Assembly (NCBI GenBank): GCA_001179505.1
Contig: CDMY01000272.1
Span: forward strand, 1-63,947
DNA length: 63,947 nt
Reading direction: 5' to 3'
Source: Vitrella brassicaformis CCMP3155
Taxonomy: Eukaryota > Protista > Chromerida
Part shown: positions 1-11,108 of the stretch, piece by piece
How the letters are laid out: each line of letters begins with the position of its first letter
Position numbering within the stretch: position 1 is the stretch's first letter
The notes under the pieces: generated by a model
Database searches by the model: none
Told to the model about the DNA's origin: nothing
The model's input: the letters and a program-made list of their open reading frames with translations, nothing else
Translations under genes and position numbers: made by a program

Positions 1-507
1 CGGCGGCCGACACGTGTTAGTAAGCAGTGAGAGCAGACAGACACTTTCATTCAATGTCATTCATGGTTTCCCTCATAAATCGGTCTTTCTGTCTGCCTCA
101 CTCACTGCAGCGTCGAAGGCACAGCCATTGGTGTCGCCTCTGCTGCACAAGCCGCCGCCACACGTCCGCGGCAAATCGGTCGTGACCCGCTCATCTTCGT
201 CTGGACGTTTGTGTGGCTGGCCCTCACTCTCAAGTGGTACGCACCCACCGGCAGCTACGCTCTGTGGGCGTGGCTGGCCTTCCGCCTCTCATACGGCGCC
301 GTCACGGCCTATCTCGGATACACTGGTGTGTTCCGCCGCAACACCAAGTATCTGCTGCCCACCTTTGTGGCGCTGGCTGGCGTGTTTGTCGACGTGGCTG
401 GGGTGCTGCTGCCGGGCCGGCTGCAAGATGAAGTTGCGGTGAGTGCGGCTGGGGGTGAGGGAGGGTAGAGGGGCCGAGTGGACAATCCAGGCAATGAGGG
501 CTCATCT

Positions 508-541
<34 letters not shown>

Positions 542-1170
542 CAGGCCATGTTGAGCGCCATCCCGCTGCCATGGCTCTTGGCTGTGCAGTATCCCCGTCT
601 GCTGGCATTCGTCACCTTCATCAAGGTGTGCAAGAACACACACACACGAGAGCGAACGAACGAAGATGCATTCATGTTGTCTGTCTGTCTGTGTGTTGGT
701 ATGTTTGTGTCCCTGGTCTGGCTGTGCTGTGTGTCAGTGGTACAATGGCACGTTCCCCACTGGCTGGGCCTGGGGGGTCGGCCTCGCCGACTTCATCTAC
801 GCCGTGCCGATGGCCGTGGTCCATGTGCTGCTCACACAGGGCTACACTGTGTCCAACGACACGCTGCTGCTGGTGTCCATTCCTGGCATCCTCGTCGCTC
901 CATTTGCTGTGGTGGTGAGGCCGGGAAGGGCTCGCTGGGCGCGGCGCATGGCATCGACCTGTTGTTCGTTCTGCCTCTCGGTGTGTGTGTTGTCAGTTCA
1001 TGTACGTCTACCTGCCGTCCCCCTGGGGCATCTGGTACACGGCTGGCAAGTCCCCCGACACACGAGAAGTGCTGTCGTGGCCCATGGTGCTCATGCCCTC
1101 CCACGCCATCCCCTTCTTGGTCGAAATTCAAGTGTTCACGCTCATTAAGGCTCTAGTGGGCTTCTATTAG
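1..1170 (+). CDS. Multi-pass membrane protein of unknown family, copy A (5' partial, 5 exons visible)
   Basis: GT-AG exons join to ...VEGTAIGVASAAQAAATRPRQIGRDPLIFVWTFVWLALTLKWY...AMLSAIPLPWLLAVQY...WYNGTFPTGWAWGVGLADFIYAVP...FMYVYLPSPWGIWY...ALVGFY*. Several hydrophobic segments; the start codon lies before position 1, judging from copy B. Confidence 0.75.
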
Positions 1171-1352
1171 AAGCGCTCAGCGAGAAGCGCTCAGCGAGTC
1201 GACGCCGTTGCGGCTGTTAATACTTTCCTGTGCCTGCGTCTTTGAAGTGGCTGTGTGTTGGCTTGGGCTTTGTGAGCGGATGGACTGGTTGTCGATAGTG
1301 AGGGAGAGTGGGACTGTCTGATGTCGATGTGGCTGCTTGATCATCGACAGCT
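1..1352. repeat. Inverted segmental duplication, partner at 39579-40886
   Basis: Position 1 aligns to the reverse complement of 40886. Similarity runs through exons, introns and the 3' flank to about 1352/39579 and may extend beyond the window start. Confidence 0.95.
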
Positions 1353-1714
1353 GAATGACTTGTCTGTCTGCTCGAACCAATACACACACACAGCCCAAAG
1401 CGCATCGACGATACACAGCCTATGAAAAGTTACGGAAAATAAAATCAGCAGCGCACGGACATGCACACACCATCGACTCACGGCTGTCGATCGATCAAGG
1501 AACACACAAAAAATGCATTGCAGTCTGGGAAATCACACGCAGAGACAGAAACCACAGACACTCATTAGCCTCTTCCACACACCAAGAGAGAGGAGTGGGA
1601 TCACACACAAGGCACAGCACAGCACAGGAAAGCACCGAACATACGATAAAATAGAATACACACGATGTGTCTGTCTGTCTGTCTGCTCTGCTGTTCCCTC
1701 CCTCCCTCCCTCAT

Positions 1715-2644
1715 TCATACGTTGGCGAGATCACCGCCGTCTTGTGGATTGCTCACATTCCCCACCACAGCTGCTGCCGGAGGCCCGTGGGACACGACGG
1801 GGGCAGGCAGAGACACCGGGGCGGCCGCACCGGCTGCTTGGCGCTGCCTCTTGACCCTCCGCCTCTCCACGCACTTGACGACGACATCGAAAAGCAACAG
1901 TAGCACCAGAGGGACGAAATTGACGGATGAGGCGGCAAGCATGAGATAGGGGCCCACACCAACCTCACACGGCGCTGCGTGCATGTCGCCCGTCACGGCG
2001 TTGAAGCACCAGTTGACGTTGGTCAGGTGTGTCCACACGAAGAAGGCAACAAAGGGAAACCCATAGCTTGCCGTCAACAAGACAGCGGTGATGCGGTATA
2101 GGATGGTGCGGCAACCGGCTGTCGGCTCACCCTGCAAGCCAAAGAAAGGGACTGCGAAGGATAGTCCGATGAGAAGGGGCCAGGAGATCGTCGCGGCGAA
2201 GACAGCGATGCGCGCGATGTAGTTACGGCGCCATACAGCGGCCGCCTTGTCGTCGCCCCTCTGGATGCTCTTGTCAACAAGGAAGCCGTACGATGCCTCA
2301 CACGCACAGGTGCTTCCCGAGTCGTAAGTCGTGTATGTGCACTTCTGGAATCGCACTCGTGTGTCGACGGTGTCGCGTGCGCACCGTCTGGCGTCGGCTC
2401 CATCCACCAGCTTCAGCCGGATCGTGTAGCTGTCGACAGCCGTGATGCTGTACATCTGCTCCATCTCCTCATAGAACTGTGGAGAGAGTGAGTGCGGGTG
2501 AGCGGCTTCGGCAGCATAATGTGTTGGGGAGCTCCGCCAGTCGGGCAAGCCGGCCAATGGGATTCCCAGGCCACATATGACAAACACCAACGCCCCGATG
2601 CCGGGCGCCCAGACCACAACCCAACGCCGTAAGCGCTCCCTCAT
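1715..2644 (-). CDS. Intronless tetraspan membrane protein, claudin/PMP22-like topology (309 aa)
   Basis: Single ORF: N-terminal TM, long Cys-containing loop, two central TMs, short Cys loop (WCFNAVTGDMHAAPCEVGVGPYLM), fourth TM and a basic cytosolic tail. Confidence 0.65.
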   Translation of the reverse strand: MRERLRRWVVVWAPGIGALVFVICGLGIPLAGLPDWRSSPTHYAAEAAHPHSLSPQFYEEMEQMYSITAVDSYTIRLKLVDGADARRCARDTVDTRVRFQKCTYTTYDSGSTCACEASYGFLVDKSIQRGDDKAAAVWRRNYIARIAVFAATISWPLLIGLSFAVPFFGLQGEPTAGCRTILYRITAVLLTASYGFPFVAFFVWTHLTNVNWCFNAVTGDMHAAPCEVGVGPYLMLAASSVNFVPLVLLLLFDVVVKCVERRRVKRQRQAAGAAAPVSLPAPVVSHGPPAAAVVGNVSNPQDGGDLANV

Positions 2645-3872
2645 CGCCTCTGTGACACGCAGGAGTCACACAAACTGACACGACAGCACACAGATCTGTT
2701 GTGTGTGTAATGGCGTGCCGCTCTGTGCTCGGTGCTGAGTGCGTTGAAGAAAGAAAGCCGCTTCATCAATGATACACAGCTCCTCCCTGCATACACCGAC
2801 GACACAAGAGATCATGCAGATTATGTATGGCTGCTTTTATCGTCCCCCTCACTCTGCCCTTCTCACCTGGACGCTCTGCCTGTGTCCTTGCCACCCACTT
2901 CTCCTTTTCCGCATGCGAGCTTTGGATCGTTCGGTGTCTTGTCCAGGGGAAAACGTTCGTCAGATAGCTGTGCGTTGCGTGTGCGGTGCATTCGGCCGAG
3001 AAAACGGCGAGGCGAATCATTCGATTCATCGCAGCCTTCATCTCACTGTTGCAGTGGCCATGGGATGGCGGCCATTGAGCTGATTTTAGATATCGAGGAG
3101 CGCAGCCAACTGAAGGAGGCCGACAGCAAAGACACGAAGGGCACATCAGCTGCAGGTGAGATGATTGAATGGGTTCACTCATCTGCCGTCGTGACTTAAT
3201 TGAATGCAGCCGTGTGTGTGTGGGTGTGTGAGTGATTCGTTCTTTCATGCCTTATCCAGCGGCACGTCCCATTGCAGAACCACTATCATTACACTGATGT
3301 GTGAGACCTCTGAAGAGGAGCAGAGCGATCACAGGAGCGCACTCTGAAGTCTGTTTTAACCTGAGAAAAAATCCGTTTCAGGTGATAACGAACTGTGGGG
3401 TGGGGTGCACAGCAGCAAGAGGGTATGCTGTGCATATCTATGCTGTTTGTCCATCAGTGAATGCATTCGTTGCGATGGATCGATCCGTCGTGTCCAATGC
3501 GCAAAGCTCCATGACAATTAATCACACACAAACACACACACTCACCGACACGCCCGTCATCGATCGAATCGATCGGGAAGATCCACCTATGTACCCAGCT
3601 AGTCGCACGCACACACACACATGGCACATGAATGGCCTGTGAGCGCTACAGATGCACCGTACAGACACAAAAGCTATTCAACACACTACGCAGGTGCGAT
3701 TCAGCCACGCTGACAGACAGGCACGGAGACAACAAATGGCCAATGCGCCAATTGATTGCAGGTAGGTGTGGAGAGAAATGCGCTCTTTAGATAACAGCAA
3801 ACACGGACACGCAGGCATGCGGAGAGAGACACACAAGTAAATAAACAGACACACACATACATACACGTGACG

Positions 3873-6800
3873 CTATAATGGTGCTGGCAATGAGCACGAT
3901 TTGTCTTGGCTGCTCCAGCAACAGCCGCGAGATATACTGCAAGCAAGCATTCATTAGCTGATCAAGGAGAACTGTGTGTCATCTTGACTGACTGACCATT
4001 CTTGTGAGTCGATGCCCTTGTAGCCACATTCCTGCCTGTGTGTGTCGGACAGACACAGAGATAGACGCACATTCCATTCCGTGTGCCGTGCCCGGATGGA
4101 TCAGGTGTCTCTTCACTCACTCACTAACCGCTTGTTGCCCTTGTCCTTCATGTGCTTGCACGTGTCTGCCGCATGGAAGCACCACGGCACACCCGCCTCG
4201 CCAGTCTCGTGCCAACACGCACCCTAACCAATCGACACACACACACACAGATGGACGCGGCAACCAATTGAGGAGTTGGTTGAGGAGCTTCCACGCCAGC
4301 CACACAAGCAAGTACTTACTTACCTGGCCGAGGCATTCATTCTTCTGTATGCCGTCCCACCCCGCATCCACCTGGCCCTTCCCCGAACCACACCGGCCGT
4401 CATCACTCGTGCGGGGCCGAAAACACCACGGCACGTCTCTCTTTGTGCTGCCATCCGGTGGTCTGAAGCAGCAGCCGAGTTGGTGGCACTGCTGTTGTGT
4501 GACGAAGGGCGTGTCGCTGGCGCAGTCCTGTCTGTGTGAGTCGTCCGAGTGGCTGGTGCACATGGCGCCCATGCTGGAGCACCACGGTGAGAGCAGCGGT
4601 GGGCTGCTGTGGCTCTTGGAAGTCTTGTGGTGCTTTGTGACGGCCTCGACGCGGTAGTATACACAGCTGTTGATCGGCGAGTGCCTACAACATGCACACA
4701 AACAGGTACACAGACGGGGGAGGGCGTGTGTGTGTGTGTGTGTGTGTTGGGGGGGGGGTCGGGGAGTGTTGGTTTGCACACTGCACTGTACCTTGTATCT
4801 GCGAGTTCGAGAGAGTGCTCGAAGTGTTTCTTGGCAATGGTGTCGATGAGGTCCATGTCGTCGGGGTCCACCCCCCCATAGACCTACACACACAGCCACA
4901 GACACAGCCATGCACCCCTGGCTAGAATGGATATGGATGCAGTTAGTCTCACCTTCCACTCCTTGATGTGTGTGGCGCCGTTCCAGCTGAAGTGCAGTGA
5001 CGCCCTCTCGGCGTCCAACACCAGGTCTGGCAGCGACGACGGCGCACCCCACCAGTCGTACTTCATGGCGCGATACGCCATCCCTGCAGACACACACAGC
5101 GAGAGACAAAGAGAGAGAGAAAGACGCGCCTGTACAAGCCAGCCACATGGGTGGGTGCGTCGTGTTATATCGACCGGGGTTGATTGAGAGTTCCAGGACC
5201 TTCTCGCCCTTGCGTGTGACCTCAGTGTAGAAGGGGTGGCTGTCGGGCTCCACACCGGCGAAATTGACCACCATGTTGCCGTTATCCAGATACTGACAAA
5301 CACACACACACACACACTGTCCTGTATGTATCTGTCTCTCTCTTTCTCTCTGTGTGTGGTCATCCATCCCAGATCCCTACGTCGAATCCCCCCATGGCGA
5401 GTCCGTATCTGTCAGGATCATGTCGGTATTCCCATTTCCTCTTGGCGACCAGCTTCTTCTCGTCAATCTCGTACTCCACTGCACGCGACCTGTGTGCACA
5501 CACGCAACACAAGCGCCATACATACCCACACATCCGTCCGTCACAAATACATACACACACACCTACCATGGCGGGTCTCTGCCATTGCCGTTGTCGAACA
5601 GGGAGAGTCTGCCGTCCTCGTGCAGCCTGGAGTCGTGCTGCCACGAGGGGCCGGGATCCTTCCCATGGAACGTGAAGTCGCCGTCAGGACCACCTAGCTT
5701 CCACATGATGGCGCCCGTCTTTCTGTTGATTTTGATAACTTGTGAGAGGTGTCGGAGGGAGATCAGGACGTGGCCGTCGGGCGTCCAGCAGGCCGAGTTG
5801 ACGCTGAGACAGACAGAGAGGGAGAGAGGGAGGGAAACAGGTGGGTAGCCGGGTGAGCAGGTGAGGTTTGTCTGTCTACTGTAGGTGGTCGAAGAATCCC
5901 CCGTCTGGTTTGTTCTGGGACTTCTCCAAGCCGCCGTGAAGGTGGTCCTGATGAGGGAATGCACGGACGGACGGGCACACAGGGCATGGCACAGACATGG
6001 CAGAGGGCACAAACCTTCACGCACGCATCCCTTCTCCTCCCCTCTCACCCACGAGTTCCACTGCCACACCAGGTTGTCCTTATCATCCAGCTCCTGCACA
6101 CACCACACCCATTCCCTGCATCTGTATGTGCGTGCCTTCAGAGGGGGCGAGATAGCTAATAGCCCAGCCGACCTGTATGACGAATCCCATGACCTTGGTG
6201 TGTGGCGATCCCCCGCGCCACGTCATGTCCATGTTCTCACGGTAGTCGTACGCCAGCAGCAGCACCTGCACCGCACACAATACAGTGGAAGGAATGGATG
6301 CATGACACACACTGCACTCGTGTCGTGTGTGTGAGAGGTGGCTGACGTACATGGTCGTCTTTGCTCATCTGGAAGTCGTGGTCGTTTGTGATGTATCCGT
6401 TCTTGGGGAAGATGTGACGCACCTCCTCATACGAGTGGTCCAGCACAGACCAACCACCTTGACACACACACACATCCCTCCCTCCCTCCATCCATCCATC
6501 CCTCTGTGTGTGTGTGTGTGTGTGTGTATCGCAGAGAGGGAGAGGGAGAGGACACCCACCTCTGTCTGATACGTGTGAGAGCAGCCCGTTCTGCTGCATC
6601 TTGAAGTCTCGCGTCGACCAGCCGTGCCACTTCTCGTTGACGTGGGGGAAACGGTGGTACCTGCACACACACCAAGACACCCACACCACACACACCTCTC
6701 CATCGACGGTGGGTGCATCAGGTGTCTGTCTTTTGCTGACCAGACGGGCTCTCCATGCTCGTCGACGATAGACAGGTACTGATGCACCGATATCAGGGGG

Positions 6801-7856
6801 TCGCGCAACGGCGCGAAAATGATGACACTGCATGGCACGCACAGCGAGAGAAGCAAGCGCCTACGTAGGCACGGTCGGTCGCCATGCTCACCCACCCATC
6901 TGCTGTCTTGCCCTTGACGGGGGGCACGAGTACGTCGACAGCGGGGTAGTCGTCGGGCAGCGTCTTGTAGGCCTTGATGGCCCTCTTCTTGGCAGACGCT
7001 GTGGCGTTCTCCAGGAGAGACGACGAGTGAGCGGCTGGTATGGTAAATGGACAAGAGAATGATGAACAGACACATAGGCCCGGGTGCAGTGCGTGCAGCG
7101 TGACGCATGCACCTACTTACTTGGCCCTCGTCTGTCGTCATGGTGTGTGAACATCGACTCCCTCCAAAAAAAGGGCCGTATGTCGGTCTCGTCCTCCATC
7201 TCCTCTGCTGCTGCTGCCATCGTGACAGCCACACCTCTCCCTCCCGCGCCATTCCCACTGCCCAGGTGGGTCTCCATCATGTGCTCGATGTGCCGCCTTC
7301 TCTCGTTAGAGCTGGCGAAATCTCTCATGGCGCGGAAATAGTGCGCCGCTGTCCGTCTTGGCGCGATGGTGAACTGCCACCAGAAGCCGCCGAGCACCTC
7401 ATCATGATGCTCCTCTCCGTCTTCTCTCCATGGGGTTGTCGCGAGAGTGATGCCCTCCGGCACAGACACAGTCACCCGCTCGCCAGGGACAAAGGCGCCA
7501 TCAATGTCGAGCACAATCGTGAGGTTGTCGCGGCTGACGGCCATTGTGGCGTTCCTCGTCCCGCTGTCCTCTCCCTCTATCGCCACATGGACAGACTCGT
7601 TGACAACCTGTTGGTGCCTGTGCGCGTGATTATCGTTATGGTCGGGCCGCATGATAATGGAGGTGAACGGCGAGACGAAGGTTGCGTCTGGCAGGGGGTG
7701 GACGTAGGCGAAAGGGCCTGCGGCGGGGATGAGGGGGCTGCCGGGTGAGCACCGGAGGACGTCGCAGTCGACGTGGTGATCTTGGCTGCGGACAAGGGGC
7801 GGGATGAGGAGGGCTGTCATCGTCAAGAGCAGCGACCCTTCCCGAAGCTGTGGCAT
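3873..7856 (-). CDS. Secreted arylsulfotransferase (ASST-type beta-propeller) with N-terminal Ig-like region and three C-terminal trefoil (P-type) domains
   Basis: Signal peptide MPQLREGSLLLTMTALLIPPLVRS. Spliced ASST motifs: NDHDF, WQWNSWDH, FFDHLHVNSACWTPDGHVLISLRH, WQHDSR, FDNG, SRAVEYEID, YRAMKYDWWG, SWNGAT. Trefoil Cys patterns follow; stop TAG at 3873-3875. Confidence 0.85.
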
Positions 7857-8011
7857 TCTCCCACGCTTTCAGAGGCTTTCTCTCGCATCGCCTGCTGGAG
7901 CCAACATTATTTCCTGTTATTTGTGATTTTGTTAGGGCACGAGTTTCGCAAAAAGATCCGACGACCCAAGCTCGTGTGCCGCACAGTCTCTCTCCCGGTT
8001 CGCTTCTCGTC

Positions 8012-9793
8012 ATGGCGCTTCTCTCCCTGGCGGCTCTTTCTCTTCTGTGTTTGGTTTCCCTCGCCCCGGCTCAAGTGGCGCCGGTAGATGACGACGACGC
8101 TCCCGTACGGCCGCTCGTCTGGCGGGTACGCATGGATGCGCTCGAGAAAAAAGGACAACACATCTGCCGTTGGTGCAGCGTGATGCTCATTCTCGTGTCT
8201 GCCATGTGTTTCTTTCTGCGGTTGATGCGTTTGTAGGTGGAGGGTGAGGAGGGCGAGGCTGCTTATCTCGTCCCTACGCATGATTCCTTCTACAACGACT
8301 TTGAAGGCGAGGCTCTTTCCTTTGTGTCCGCACTGGTGGAGAGGGTCAGGCCCGACGCATGGATCACCGGCACCAACAACAGCTTCGCCGGCAGCGACCA
8401 AGAGGATTCGTCCACCCTCAGCGATCTATTGACCGAGCAGGACACGCTGATGGCCAACTTGCAAAACGATCCCGCCCTCCTCAAGCGTGTCAACGACTTC
8501 CATGACTTCGTGATCGAGCGCCTCGAACTTTGGTCAGCGGCGCATGGATCCAGCGCCGAGACCAATATTGTGGTCCTTCTAATGGTGGAAGCCTTCTTTC
8601 AAATGACGGTGGCGCATATGCCTCCCGCGATCTCTGCCCAGGCGCTGCACTCCATGTGGGCGAAGAGCGAGCGAGCGAGATAATCCTGGTTTGTCCTTAC
8701 TGCCTTTCTGTGCTGTGCTGTGCGGTGCGTGCGCTGCAGGGTGCAATTGGGCCCCTTCGTTTCCACTGTCATGTCCTCTGAGGAAACCGAGGCTGTCGCG
8801 CTTGCCGAGTACGTGGCTACTCTCGCCGCTGAGGCGGGCGCCGGGACAGCACCGATAGCGACACCGCTCGAAGTGACGCAAATTCTCATTACTGAGGGTG
8901 CCTCCCACCTTCCAATTCGGGACCAGATGGTGTACTTCGACGCCGCACTGACGTTGATTGAGATCTATACCAAGAATCTGACGGCGCAGCCGCCGCGGAT
9001 GCGGAACTTGAAGAACTCGCCGATTGCGTACGCGTGGCGGATGGGCGACGAGGAGACGATCCGCAAGCTCACGACCCTTGATGAATGTGGGATGGCATTC
9101 AATCCATTGATGTGGTTCCGCCACCTGCCGCCTGGGGCCGATGCGGTGCATAGCGAGTATTTCGACGAGTCGCTCATCGAGAAGCTGGAGTCCTTCTACG
9201 ACACATGTCCCAGCGACATCGCGGCAGCTGTACGGGAGGCTCGCCAGAACGTCACGACGGTCGGCAACCGCTTGGCTGTGGACAGGATCCGCTACCTGTT
9301 CGACAACGGGGCGACTGACGATCCCTCGGTGACCGATCCATCGTGCCGGCCGCTGTGGGGCTTCGGCGTCAAAGTGGTGAGCGACGAGGAAGGTAGCACG
9401 CGACACCTCACCGGTTCCTTCGACTGTTCATTCACCGCACGTACCGATTGTCTCTCTGTGGCTTCACAGGATGGCCTCGTCGGTGAGCTTGGGGTGACCG
9501 CTGATCTGCAGGAGGCGGGCTACACCGTCACGCGGCTGTCTGGCGACATCGAGCAGATCCCCATTCGACAGGCCGACGAGCGATGCCCCCTCTCCACGAT
9601 GGGGCTGAAGCAGCTCACCCGCAAGTGGCCCGAGGTGGAGGGAAGCGGCGCGACAAGGATATTACAAGATTCGGGCGATTCGGGCGACTTCTGGCCCGAC
9701 GTGGTGGCCAGTGATGCGGCAGCGAGTTCATACGCTTATCTGCTCTTTTTGTGCCTCGCCTGCTGCTGTCTGGCGCTGGTCGGCCACCTGTGA
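8012..9793 (+). CDS. TraB/GumN/TIKI-family-like protein with signal peptide and probable GPI anchor, probably catalytically degenerate
   Basis: Signal peptide MALLSLAALSLLCLVSLA. Family-like segments LVWRVEGEEGEAAYLVPTH, AWRMGDEETIRKL, GNRLAVDRIRYLF and GLVGELGVTADLQEAGYTVTRL. Hydrophobic C-terminus. Three introns inferred. Confidence 0.6.
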
Positions 9794-11108
9794 GTGATGA
9801 TGACACATACGACGCGACGCGACGCGACGCACAAGGGGGCGGGCATCCATCCATCCATCCACTCACTCACCTGTCTGTCCTTACGCATGCGTGGATCTTT
9901 TTGTTTGCGCATCCCTCTGTCTCTCTGCAGCACCTGTCTGTACGTATACGTGATGCATGTGTGTGTGTGTGCGTTGGCTGCCTTTCGTGTCCGTGCACTC
10001 GTCACGTTGGGGGTAATTTCCCGAGGGCGATAGTGCCGCCCTGAGTGAATCACGGAAGGAAGGAATGAATGAGTGCATGGGGTTTGTGGGCAGGGAGGGA
10101 GAAGACTAAGTACTGGCCCTTTTTGTTTGTAGTCTTTGCGTCTGTGGTGCGTGTGATGCATGCATGGTGTCTTTATAAGAAGAGAATGCGTCGATGACTG
10201 CCGGATGGATGGATGGATATGGTTTGTGTCACTTCTGTAGCTGAGCTGGGTGAGTGTGGGGACCAGGGGCAAGGGACACATACATGGGTAGACGTGCGCA
10301 TCTCTTCATTCAAAGCTGCGTCGGTTGGTGGCGAACACGCACGCACGGACACACGTCATGGACAGGCACACATGTGTCATTCACCGACGGCGGACGGCGG
10401 GCGGTGAGGCCGGACGCTGTGTTCGTGTGTGTCACGCTGCGCCCTCCTCTCTTCAACTGCTGGGATCCGACTACTGCAATCGAACCTTACGTGTATTGTG
10501 CCTGAGGGAAGGATGACTGACGTCTGCACATCACGTGTGTCTGTCAGTGGTCTGTCTGTACGTCTGTCTGTACGCAGCATGGATGTCATCACATCACGGG
10601 CAGGGCACGCAAGCGGAAAGGCCGGCGCCTATCCATCCATCCATCCATCCATCATGCTATGCTTATGCTGTACGTGTGGTATGTTGCTGCCTGCTGGAAA
10701 AATCAGTGGACAAATATAATATTGTCCAAGTACACACAAATCATGATCAAAGGAGTACAGATGGGCGAGTGAGACGCATCGTATCTCACCTATCGACACG
10801 TATGTATGCACATCGATTCGATCTGCAGCAGGAAGGCAATTGACACGGCATGCACAAAATAGCCGCAACCACCGCGAGAACGATGCGATGCTACTATAGA
10901 GACCAGGTGGGGAAGCAGCAAGCCCATAGACACATATGCACAGGTGCACAGACACAGAGAGACAGGGAGAGAGAGGGAGGGACAGACAGAGAGAGACACA
11001 GCGAGACAGAGACATACAGACTGATGCACCACTACTGTAACCAACTGGCTGGCTGACCCTTATCCATCCATCCATCCATCCATGGGTCCCTCACGTCACT
11101 CACGTCAC

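Noticed and set aside
2710-3290. Possible small plus-strand gene (MAAIELILDIEERSQLKEADSK... before a gtgag donor)
   Set aside because: No convincing start, multi-exon join or recognisable product.
10300-11100. Possible extra 3' exons of the adhesin or an independent ORF
   Set aside because: Mostly microsatellite; several splice options and none is decisive.
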